The notes beneath the pieces were generated by a model. The model did not search any database. It had not been told where the DNA came from and worked only from the letters and a program-made list of their open reading frames with translations. The position numbers were made by a program, and so were the translations under genes. Source: Gnetum montanum (lineage: Eukaryota > Plantae > Gnetophyta). Taken from it: a DNA stretch of 64,000 nucleotides. The stretch is taken from contig MNCI01002357.1 in assembly GCA_015680685.1 (NCBI GenBank), positions 175,926-239,925 of the forward strand, given 5' to 3'. Shown here one piece after another: positions 11,661 to 23,268 of the stretch (its first letter is position 1; every line of letters begins with the position of its first letter).

Positions 11661-13274
11661 GTCATGTATTAATTAAATTTTTATATACCATTTGAAAATT
11701 TTATGTGAGGGGTTACTGATGCATGGGACACTTGTCAATTATGATAAATATTTTCTAAAATTTGTGATGATCTTCATGATATGGCTCCAAAGAACACATT
11801 TGGCCATCATACCTAATTCCTGTATGGTAGTCATGATGAAGCTACCTTGAAGATTATAATCACTAGATACTTGGATTTATTTTCTATAAGGGTTTAGACT
11901 TCCTATGGAAGTTGCAACTACTTATAAAAATATATATGTAATTTGAGAAAATACATGCTAATGTTAGCATGATTTTCTCTTAACTTATTGGGCAAGTAAT
12001 GTCTTCCTAACTTGTTGGGCAAGTTGTAACTTCCTAAGTTGGTGAAAAAGTCATCCGAGATATTTTGTAAACCCTAACTACCTATGGAGCACTATAAAAA
12101 GGCTTTAGAAGGTAGCTAGAAGGGGTTTTAAGGGGAGGCAGAAAAAAAAGCAAATAAAGAAGACATTTTGAAGATTACTTATTAGATGGCTTGCTAAAGA
12201 CACCATTTCGGCCACTTTGTTTTAATCCTGTGAGTTATATTCTTCCTATTTTGTTTAAATTACTTAGCTAGTGGTTTAGATAGTATCATGCTTGGCATTT
12301 AAAATTTGGATTTTTAGATTGCTCTTATAGTTCTTATTGCATGATAGTAGTTTCCATTTGAAATCTACCATAGAAGAGCTTATGTTTAAAAGCCTTAAGA
12401 GCAATTTATTAGTGAAATTTATTATTATGCAATATTTAAGAACTGCTATTAGGATTGCTATAAGAGAGCCTCTATAGTAGACATGCCATTGAGCAATCAA
12501 TAGTTAAGAGGGTTCAGAAAATATTTGGTATTTTGATGGGACTGAAATAGCTTCTTTATTTATAAAGTGAGTCTCATAGTATTTCAATAAAAAATTTTCA
12601 AATATTTTAAAGGCTCTGTTGAATGCAATTGTTGACAACTATTATCTAGCCAAAATAGAGTCTCATATGTAGTAGTTTATGCAGCAATTTTTGGTAGTAT
12701 AGTAGGATTTATCTTGAAGAAATTACTTGTTTGAGCCTAGAAAGTTTGAACAATTCATAGATATTGAATTTGGGATAGCTTTATTACGAAGTGTTTCCTC
12801 ATATTAATTTACCTTATCTAAATATTTGAGATTGTACACAAATCTGCTTTCTTTTTTTTCTTTTTCTAAGTCCATTGAATCTTGCTCTATTTCTAGTTTT
12901 CTTGTGGAATTTTTCTCTCTCTGGGGAAAATTAGGAGTAGATTGGCAGAATTATGGTCAAATGTTTTTGCAAAATTTTATTTGTTACAAGTAGGTATTAT
13001 AAGGACCATATAGACTAGGTAATTAGAGAAAATAGGAATTTCCACTAATTCACAATATTTGACAAAGTTTGGTCGAATCTCTTTATGATAGCCATTTATA
13101 GTTTTTTATATTCAGGCCAACCATTTCAACATTCACAACAGCAAATACATACTCACGTTTAACCACTGAGTCTATTTGAAGGTATCTGGGCCTTGGTGTT
13201 TCCAGAGACCAACAAGCACCTAAATCCTATTCAAGGATACTCATTGGCGATCATGTCCTAAACGGTCGCCAACA
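11661..13274 (+). repeat. Element B 5' LTR, 3' half only
   Basis: Ends ..GCCAACA. Telo-box AAACCCTAA 12069-12077 and TATAAAAA 12093-12100. One 60-bp segment compared by eye had 4 mismatches to the 3' LTR. Confidence 0.92.
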
Positions 13275-13281
13275 ATTCTTT

Positions 13282-13299
13282 TGGTGCTAGAAGGAGGGC
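13282..13299 (+). promoter_or_regulatory. Primer-binding site, tRNA-Asn
   Basis: TGGTGCTAGAAGGAGGG is TGGCGCTAGAAGGAGGG with one CpG change, complementary to the plant tRNA-Asn 3' end CCCTCCTTCTAGCGCCA. Confidence 0.88.
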
Positions 13300-13419
13300 T
13301 GAAAATTTATCCTCCAAGTTTATAAGCCTAATAATTCTAGCACATCAATAGTTCTTTGTCACTAGAAAGGCTTAAGAATTTCAACACTATTTTCAGTTCA
13401 TGATTAACAGATTGATAGT

Positions 13420-16400
13420 TTGGAAGGTTTTAAAGATTCAATGGAAGTTCTTGATTATAAGATTGATTCTTCATCAGGAGAAGAAAAAAAGAAAGTTTTT
13501 GAATTTGGAACAAGTAGTGGAGTGAAAAATAGAAGGTCAAGAAGATCACCCATTATATTTGGTTTATCAGTCTATAAGAGAAGATTTAGAAAGTTTAAGA
13601 GTTCAGCTATCCAAAGGAATAAGATGACAAATCTTTGGCAAAGAATCATACCATTAGGATTTCAAAATTATAATGATATTCCTAAGGTAGTTTACAAATA
13701 TTTGCTTGAGCCTTTCATTCTTGGAAAAGCTTACTTAGCTAAAGAATACATTCACATGTTTGAGTTAGCTTTAGTTGATGGAAATATTCAACATCAAGAT
13801 CAAGCTTGTAGGCTATTTGTATCAAATTTAAAGGATATGGCTCAAATTTGGTATTCAAACTTACCAAGTAACAATATCACAAGTCGGGATGACATGAAGA
13901 AGCTTTTCTTAGCCTAGTTTGATAATCAATTAGATCAACAACAACTGTATTATGGGCTAATACAAGCTAAGTAAGGAGTTAAAGAGTCAATTAAAAATTT
14001 CAATATTAAATTTTAACAAATTGATGGACTCTTTCAAAGACAATATAAAACATCAGATGAAATGCTTAGAGAAACTTATCTAAAAGCTGTCAACCCCAAC
14101 ATTTCAATTTGGTTAAGAGAAACTCCAAAATTAACTACACTAAATGACTACTTTAGTGAAGCTATAGAGTTAGAAAAATAGTTAAACTTGAATCATGAAG
14201 AAAATATTATAACTCAAAAAAGAGAAGAGAAAGTTGCAATTCCAATGCAAAATTTTTCTCAATTTAAAGCTTTTCCATGTCCATCTCATGTTAAGATAGA
14301 GCAAGAACCTAAAGGAAGAGAATCTAAAAAAGGAAAATTAATGAGAGATATGTCCAACAAAATAGTGAAGCTCGAAAATTCTTTGGCTAAAATTAAGGTC
14401 AAGGAAGAAAGGAAACATAGAAAACATAAATATCAAGACACTAAGTTAGTAGAATATGAGGATGATAGTAACCTTGTTGTGTCTAACTTCCTTGATATTG
14501 AATCTGATAATGAGTTATCTAGTGTTCATTATGCAAGTAAATCTTGTAGTAATGGATCTAACAATACTTCTTCTCTATCAAGTTCCAAAGAAGATATGTT
14601 TTCAAATGAAGAATGTAATAACAATGAAGAAAATGGATATAGTCTCTGATCAAAAGAAAGACTAACTACTTCTAGACCTTCAAACATTATTATTGATACA
14701 TCTACTAAGAGAAAAGCATTTGAGCCAAATAGAAGAGATAAAAATAAAGGTAAAGATCATCAAGTAGAACGAAGCTCTCCAAATCAGTCTTTTAATAATA
14801 GATAAAGAAACCAAGCTTTATTGGTGATGGAGAATATGATTTGATGAAGACCTTAAACATGTCAAGGAAATATTAGTTTTAATTAATTACTTCAAATAAG
14901 AGATGAACAAAGAAAGGCTCTAGAGTTTATTAAAGGAAAAGGAGAGTTAGAGAATTAGAGTTCAGTTATGTATCTAATAATGATGAGAAATTAAAGGCCT
15001 ATTATGAATATATTCTTGATAAGGAAGCACTTCCTTTTTTTTGACAATGAAGTTAAAGGATAAATACTTGCATAATTGTTTGGTTGATTCTGGAGGCACA
15101 TCTACAATAATGTCATTATCTATATGTAAGAGACTTGGTTTGATTCTTGAAAAATCAAATAAAAAGATAATTTAAGTGGATAAGAGTAGAGTGAAGATTG
15201 TGGATCAATTACCAAATGTNGCACATCTACAATAATGTCATTATCTATATGTAAGAGACTTGGTTTGATTCTTGAAAAATCAAATAAAAAGATAATTTAA
15301 GTGGATAAGAGTAGAGTGAAGATTGTGGATCAATTACCAAATGTTCTATTAGAAATTGCTTCTAAACCCCATATCAAAAGTAGAGTGACTATTCAAGTGG
15401 TAGATATACCAGATTCATATAGTCTCTTATTAAGTAGAAGTTGGAGCAAAAATTTCTTTGGTTACATATTGATAGATTATTCACATATGTGGCTATCTTG
15501 GAAAGGAGAGCCCAATCAAATATATGTGTATAGTGAACCTTTGATGATCGATAGTATTACTTCAAATGAAAAAAGTAAAAGTGTTGAAACAAGAGCATAT
15601 GAAACTAGAATTTGTACACTTCAAGAAACATATAATTTTGAGGAGGAATCCAAAGATGAGGATAAATGGGAGTTATACTTTGATGGTTCATGTAATTCAA
15701 AAGGTGTAGGGGTCAGAATAGTTCTATTAAGGAATGATTCACCAAAAATTCTTAAAGAAATTCACCTATCTTTCCCATGTACTAACAACAAAGTTGAATA
15801 TGAAGCTTTATGTATTGGTATTAGAACAGCTCTAGGTAAAGGGATCAAAGTAATCACTATAAAGGAAGATTCAAGATTAGGTTGCAAAAAAGTTAAAGGT
15901 ACTTGTATAGTAAAAAGCTCATTCTTAAGACCTTATAAGCAACTTATTTATAAGATGTTAAATCAGTTTCAACACTCCTAGATAGAGCATATAAATAGAG
16001 TAGAGAATCTTATAGCAAATGACTTGGAAAAAACAACTTCAAAATTAGACATGCAAACAATAGAGGGTTATGAGCATGTAATAATTAAATAAGAACATCA
16101 TCCATCAGTACCAAATAATATAAAACATTTACAAGTATTCGAAGATGATGATCAAGTACTTTGATTTATGAAAAACAAACAAGAATTTGAGGGTCAAGTC
16201 ATACCTGAAACGTCATCAAAATCTAAGGCTAATTTCATTCCAAAAAGGATGATTGATTTTGAAGATGAGCTCAAGGAAAATTTGCTTACTGGAAGAGATA
16301 TACAAAAACCAAATGATCAAGCGTTTGAAGTAGTGAATTTTGGATCAAATGAGATGCCAAAGATGTTAAATGTTACAATGGAAAAGGATTCCAATTTCAA

Positions 16401-19053
16401 GCAAAACTTGCTATCATGTCTAAGATATAATTTGGATAATTTTGCTTAGTCTTATGATGATCTTAAAGCTTTTAGACTGGATGTGATGACACATAAGATT
16501 CCTTTAATAGAAGGTTGTAAAACTGTTAAGCAAAAACAAAGAAAATTCAATCCATCATTTGAACCAGCTATGGAAGCCGAGATCAAGAAGTTGTTATAAG
16601 CACGAATCATATATCTAGTATGATATTTGACATGGCTTGCTAATCTTGTTCCAATGAGAAAGAAAAATAGTGATATAAGGCTTTGTGTAGACTTCAGAAA
16701 TTTGAATCATGCCTTAAAAAAGTATAAGTATCCACTTCCAAGGGTTGACGAGATGATTAAAGTATTTGGTTATCAAGTATATTCTTTCTTAGATGGCTTC
16801 TCAAGTTATAATAAAATCATGGTAGATAAGAATAACAGATATAAAATAGTGTTTATCATCAAATGGGGAACTTTCGCTTATCAAAGAATGCCATTTGGAT
16901 TGTCAAATGTTGGGGCTACTTTCCAAAGAGCCATGGATTTAGCATTTAAAGGTTTATTAGGTGAATTTGTTGTAGTTTATTTGGATGATATTATTGTATT
17001 CTCAAAAAGAAAGGAGGATCATATTAATCATCTCTAATAAGTTTTTGATAGATGTCGTGAGTTTGCTATTTCATTAAATCCTAAGAAATATATCTTTGGG
17101 GTTAAATCTAGAAGCTTAATAGGGCATGTGATATGTCATGAAGGAATTGCTATAGATAATTCTCGAATCCAAGTAGTATAAAATATTGAGCATCCCACAA
17201 GTAAGAAATCTCTTAGATCTTTCTTTGGAAAGATAAACTTTTTGAAAAGGTTTATCCCTAGGTTTACTGAAATTACCAAGCCCTTGATGCATATGCTAAA
17301 GAAAGATGTCCAAGTAGAGAAAATGCTAGAATCAGAGAGGGCTTTAGCAAAAATTAAAAATGCCATATAGAAGGCTCCATATTTGGTGAAGCCTAAACTA
17401 AAATAAGATTTTTGGTTATATTCTTTTGCTTCAAATGATTCCATTGCTACTGTTTTAACACAAAAAGATGATGAAGGTCAAGATGAATCGATTGGAGTTT
17501 TTGGGTATCAGTTGAAAGGTTCAAAATTAAATTATTTAGACTTAGAAAAACAAGAATTTGTAGTCATCAAAGCACTTCAACATTTTAAATATTATTTCAA
17601 AAGTTCATTAGTCCATATTATGCTAATTGAACCTACAGTCAAACAATTCTTAGCTCAAAATGAGATTGGATTGAAAAAGGAAGAATGACTTATAAAGCTT
17701 CAAAATTTTAGATTTTCTCTGGAAATAAATAGTTAAGGGAATGGGATTAGCAAAGTTAATGGCTAGAGAAAATGAAGTATGTACTCTTGGTACTCATGAA
17801 GAGAATTGGTATGATGGAATTTTTAAATTTCTTAATACAAAGAAAATCCCAGATAATTCAACTGTAAGTCAAAAGAGATCTTTCTTCAAAAAAGCACAAA
17901 AATTTGTTGTTAAAGATGGCATATTATATAGAAAGGATTTCTAAGCGTTTTTATTGGAATACATTCATAATGATCAAATTAGTTTCATTTTAGAAAAATT
18001 CCACGATCATTTGAATTTATTTTATGAATCCCCAAAGTCAGATATGTAACATATACTTTGATATGGATATTACTAGCCTACTATGTATCAAGATATTAGT
18101 TCAAAGATTAAAAAATGCTCTAAATGTCAAGTTCATGGGCTGAAGATCAAAAAGGCTAGAGCCCCCTTAAAACCAGTAGTTGCAGATAGACCATTTCAGC
18201 AATGGGGTTTGGATTTTGTTAGTACAATTACTCCTTTGAGAGTTGGACATAGTTTATTCTCATGGCTATTGACTATTTCACCAAATGGTCCAAAACAAAG
18301 GCTCTAAGAGGAAGTTTAGCATCAAATGTGATCAAGTTTCTAGAAGATCAAATCCTAAGTCATTTTGGTTTACCTGAAGTGTTAGTATCAAATAATGGAC
18401 CCACTTTTCAGTTTGAAGAATTTATAACATGGGCATTCAAGAAATCCATTTACATCTTTTCATCATCCAATTATTATCCTCAAGGAAATGGCCTAGCAGA
18501 ATCTACCAATAAAAAGCTTCTCACTTACATCAAGAAATCAATGGATGGAAATCTACAAAATTAGATTGATTATCTACAATTAGCATTATGGATAGATTGA
18601 ATTTGATTCAAGAAGGTTGTTGGGACATCACCATATAATTTAGTTTATGGTTTGCCAGCAAAAATTACAAAAAAGATTATAAGTTCACCTTTAGAATTTG
18701 TACAAAGATATAGTGAAAAAACTAATAAAGATAGAAGTTTCATGACTTTGCTCATTAAAAGAGAAGCTAAAATAGATAAAGCAAGGGATAATTTGTTATG
18801 AAATACCTCTCAAGTCAAAAGATGGTTCGATAAGAAAGCTTTGAAAGGAACTTTCAAAACAAGGGATCTTGTCCTATTATGGAATATGAAGAAATCGAAT
18901 AAGTTTACACCAACATGGATTGACCCATTTCAGATTACAAAGCAATTGTTAGAGGATACTTACAAATTATCAACCTTGGATGGCATAGAATTGCAATTTC
19001 CATATAATGTTTTACATATAAAACATTATTTTGGACAATTGCATATACCTTGA
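13420..19053 (+). pseudogene. Element B gag-pol, disrupted
   Basis: Gag ACRLFVSNLKDMAQIWYSNLP. Protease LVDSG near 15080. RT LCVDFRNLN, RMPFGLSNVGATFQRAM, VYLDDIIVFS. INT CSKCQ, PFQQWGLDF, YYPQGNGLAESTNK. Confidence 0.92.
15661..16040 (+). pseudogene. Archaeal-type RNase H (aRH) domain between protease and RT
   Basis: WELYFDGSCNSKGVGVRIVL...CTNNKVEYEALCIG...EDSRL, ending in an IANDL motif. A separate canonical RH lies after RT (~17400-17760). Confidence 0.88.
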
Positions 19054-19408
19054 AGATAACCCTATACAAAGTAATATATGAATATACTATTAAATTATTA
19101 GGAATATAATATTAATTATTAATATACAATAATTATATAGTTAATTATGTTTAATTATGCTATTTACATTTTATGGGTATATAGATAGAGAAGTCTATAT
19201 AATATTATAATATTAAATAAATGTATATATGATAGATATATTTAAATTAGAAATAATTTAATTATTTAACTCATACAATTGTGACAAGTGGAAAAGGTGA
19301 CTAATGAACCACTTAGTGATTAAGTGAAGAATTTAAAAAGTGGTCGGAGTGTGAACAAGGAGGGAAAATTGGTTGAATAATTTTGGTGGGAATTTTGAGT
19401 TTCTAGCT

Positions 19409-19420
19409 CCTATAAAAAGA
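19409..19420 (+). promoter_or_regulatory. TATA box of the internal 3' extra ORF of element B
   Basis: CCTATAAAAAGA about 90 nt before ATG 19504, with a TCATCA initiator-like sequence about 30 nt downstream. Confidence 0.55.
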
Positions 19421-19503
19421 GGATTGGGTTGCTTAGAATTTCATCATTTTCCAATTCAAGTTGAGTGTAGAAAGTAAGAGAAGTGTTAGGTTTGAAAGAG
19501 AAG

Positions 19504-19947
19504 ATGATTTTTGAGAAAGCAATGAAGAGGCCTTTCATTCCCGATGTGATGGGATGTTGCCCAGAACATGTGTTGAAGGCCTATTACAAAGCTATAGCCA
19601 GTGGAGCTCCAAAAGAAAGTCCTTTCCTAATGTGGCTTGCTGATGAATTTATGTTTCTCATGGGTGGTCTCTCCATTCAAGCCAATGATTGGGGTGTTTT
19701 TAAAGAGTGTACGCTTCAAGATGGAGCTCAAAAATCACCAAGAAAGGAAGATTCATGGGGTGAAGCTTTTATGTCTCAAGATGAAGAAGAAGTTTCCACA
19801 TGGAGAGAGCCTCCAAAATCTCCAACAAAGGAAATGAAAATAGTTGAGGGAGATAAGATGAAACAAGATCAAGGAAAGGCTTCTATAAGGCAAGAGGATG
19901 ATAAAAATGCCTTCATTACAACAAAAATAACATATGAGAAGATTTAA
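19504..19947 (+). CDS. 3' extra ORF of unknown function in element B (147 aa from ATG 19504)
   Basis: Uninterrupted ORF between integrase and PPT. Upstream TATA box, downstream AATAAA (~20138). No family recognised. Confidence 0.55.
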   Translation: MIFEKAMKRPFIPDVMGCCPEHVLKAYYKAIASGAPKESPFLMWLADEFMFLMGGLSIQANDWGVFKECTLQDGAQKSPRKEDSWGEAFMSQDEEEVSTWREPPKSPTKEMKIVEGDKMKQDQGKASIRQEDDKNAFITTKITYEKI

Positions 19948-20155
19948 GACATGTGGGTTCCAAAAAGAGTAACCCTCACTATTTTTTTCCCTCACCAAGA
20001 ATAGTTCATGTTCATGTAGAAATGTAAATTTGTATAGTTTCTATGTTTTCATAGGAAGAGGTTTTTATTCCATTAAACCTTAAGTTTAATGGAAGTTTTC
20101 TTCAAAAAAGATTTGTATCTTATATGTATATTTTATCAATAAAATTTCTTGTTTC

Positions 20156-20168
20156 AAGAAAAGGGGGG
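20156..20168 (+). promoter_or_regulatory. Polypurine tract of element B
   Basis: AAGAAAAGGGGGG just before the LTR start TGTTG at 20176. Confidence 0.85.
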
Positions 20169-20175
20169 TGTGAAA

Positions 20176-23100
20176 TGTTGTCACATTTAGGCCATTGAAT
20201 GGAACAGGCTTGCATGATAAAACTGGTTAAGAGTTTTTTTTTTATATTTTTTATTTTGGTGATCTATTGGTATTTGTAGTTATCTATGAATAATTTTGAG
20301 AAGTGGTTATGAGCATAAAGATGAGGTTATGGAAGAAGAAAAATCATTGTACTCTTACCAAAGATTACAAGCAAGAGTTGAGAAAATCAATCACAAAAGC
20401 AATTTTTAACATTGCAATATTGAAGACAAGGCCACAAAAGTATCAAATAATTTTATGTGGAACACCTTACAACAAGCTTAAGTTCATTGGAGTAAATCGG
20501 AGCAACTATCTAGTTTTTAGATTTTAATCCATGAATGGAAGGAAGCCATATTTAAAAAGAAAATCAAATGTAGTAGCTAGTGTAATAGCAACATAGTTGA
20601 ATTTGTGAGAATTGGCCACTAAAAGCTGTATGTTAAAACAATTTTTATCAGTTTCCTGCAACTACAAAATAAGGGTACTAGTAAGGGAAATTTGTTAAAC
20701 ACTTGTCATGCACCCTGCATTTGAAATATATCAATTAGTATGTCCATATTCAAAATACAAAGAAATCAAAAAATCAAGAATAGGCATTGAATTCATAGCA
20801 ATGAATAAAAGAAAAAAAATAAGCCAAGTATCAAGAATATGTCAAGATTTTGCTGCGAGCCACACTTGGATTATTACTAACATAGTAACTGTAATAGACG
20901 ACACCGAACAAGTAAGGTTAAAGGGTTTAAGAGCTAATATTGGCATCTGCATACAAATTAAGAAGAATAAATGTAGGAAGCCCTTAGAGTATTGTTTAAA
21001 AATTTTGGGGACCAAAATTTGGGTTATCATAACACTAAATTACATTCGCATTACATTGTTGTATTAGAAAAAAAATCTTTTCTTGTATAAAATCCATGGC
21101 ACCTAGTGAATAAAAAGATTCAAGCCTAGGCGTAGATGTAGGGCACCAAAAGAACCATGAATTTTTGCAAAAGAAAATGCATGAATTAGCTAGCAAAACA
21201 GAGTGCTTGGCATGCCAAGAACAAGCCCTAAAGTAACAAAGACATACAAACGACACAGTGTGGAAAGCCCATTCAAAAACAATTTAGGTACACTGAAACT
21301 GCAGCTGGTGGAGATTGTAACAATTATAAAACTCTGATGGTAGTGGCTCAGGATTGCAACTGCATGGTTTTTTTGGAGTGTGGCACATGGAAGTATCACT
21401 GGACACTGCAGGAGGGTGTTGCTCTACAGAGATCTCTGTTTGTAGGGGATGTGCTAGGCATTAATTGTAGCGACAGTTTTGAACAAGGGTTTCTTATGGC
21501 CTGGTGAAGCATGCAGGGCACGGTCTGTTCATGATGATAAATATTTTGGATGCAAAGGTTTAGGAAAAATATTTCTTTTGGGAATATGACACGTTGCTTT
21601 GACATGGTTAAAACCATATAATATTTTACCTTTCTGGCATGGTTAACCCATAGGTCATGTATTGATTAAATTTTTATATGCCATTTGAAAAATTTATGTG
21701 AGGGGTTATTGATGGATGGGATACTTGTCAATTATGATAAATATTTCCTAAAATTTGTGATGATCTTCATGATATGGCTCCAAAGGACACATTTGGCCAC
21801 CATACCTAATTTGTCTATGGTAGTCATGATTAAGCTACCTTGAAGATTATAATTACCAGATACTTAGCATTATTTTCTATAAGGGTTTAGACTTCTTGTG
21901 GAAGTTGCAACTACTTATAAAAATATATATGTAATTTGAAAAAATACATGCTAATGTTACATGATTTTCTCCTAACTTGTTGGGCAAGTAATGTCTTCCT
22001 AACTTGTTGGGCAAGCTGTAACTTTCTAACTTGGTGAACAAGTTATCCAAGATATTTTGTAAACCCTAACTACCTATGGAGCATTATAAAAAGGCTTCAG
22101 AAGGTAACTAGAAGGGGCTTTTGGGAGGAGGAATAAAAAAGCAAATAAATAATACATTTTGAAGATTACTTATTAGATGGCTTGCTGAAGACACCATTTC
22201 GGCCACTTTGTTTTAATCCTGTGAGTTATATTCTTCCCATTTTATTTAAATTGCTTAGCTAGTGGTTTAGATAGTATCATGCTTGGCATTTAAAATTGGG
22301 ATTTTTAGATTGATCTTATAGTTCTTGTTTCATGATAGTAGTTTCCTTTTGAAATCTGCCATAGAAGAGCTTATGTTTAAAAGCCTTAAGAGCAATTTAT
22401 TAGTGAAATTTATTATTATGCAACATTTAAGAACTTCTATTAAGATTGCTGTAAGAGAGCCTCTACAGTAGATATGCCATTAAGCAATCAATAGTCAAGA
22501 GGGTTCAAAAAATATTTGGTATTTTGATGGGACTGAAATAGCTTCTTTATTTATAAAGTGAGTCTTGTAGTATTTCAATCAAAAATTGTCAAATATTTTG
22601 AAGGTTTTGTTGAATACAATTGTTGACAACTATTATCTAGCCAAAATAGAGTCTCGTACGTAGTAGTTTACGCAACAATTTTTGGTACCATAGTAGGATT
22701 TATCTTGAAGAAATTGCTCGTTTGAGCCTAGAAAGTTTGAAAAATTTGTAGATATTGAATTTGGGATAGATTTATTGCGAAGCGTTTCCTCGTATCAATT
22801 TACCTTGTCTAAATATTTGAGATTGTACACAAATCTACTTTCTTTTCTTTCTTTTTCTAAGTCCATTGAATCTTGCTCTATTTCTAGTTTTCTTATGGAA
22901 TTTTCTTTTCTCTCCGGGGGAAAATTAGGAGTAGATTGGCAGAATTATGCACAAATATTTTTGTAAAATTTTATTTGTTACAAGTAGGTATTATAAGGAC
23001 AGCATATACTAGGTGATTAGAAAAACTAGGAATTTTCACCAATTCACAATATTTGATAAAGTTTGGCTGAATCTGTTTATGATAGCCATTTATAGTTTTT

Positions 23101-23268
23101 TATATTCAGCCTAACCATTTTAACATTCACAACAGAAAACACATACTCACGTTCAACCACTGAGTCTATTTGGAGGTATCTCGGCCTTGGTGTTGCCAAA
23201 GACTAGTAAACACCTAAACCCTATTCAAGGATACTCGTTGGCAGTTGTGTCCCAAATAGTCTCCAATA
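20176..23268 (+). repeat. Element B 3' LTR (~3.1 kb)
   Basis: TGTTG...CAATA (decayed CAACA). Follows the PPT; its 3' half duplicates 11661-13274. Confidence 0.88.

Larger units (their letters stand above)
11661..23268 (+). mobile_element. Tat-lineage Ty3/gypsy element B (PROT-aRH-RT-RH-INT order), near full length; 5' LTR interrupted by A2
   Basis: 11661-13274 matches 21654-23268. tRNA-Asn PBS, PPT and all pol domains present. Inserted into the RNase H region of A3 (flank GTAAG). Confidence 0.93.

Noticed and set aside
15096-15344. Exact 124-bp tandem duplication in the B protease
   Set aside because: The two identical copies are separated by a single n (15220), so this is a scaffolding overlap artefact.
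20303-21617. Several short ORFs in the B 3' LTR as captured genes
   Set aside because: No recognisable domains; they overlap on both strands and are consistent with chance ORFs.
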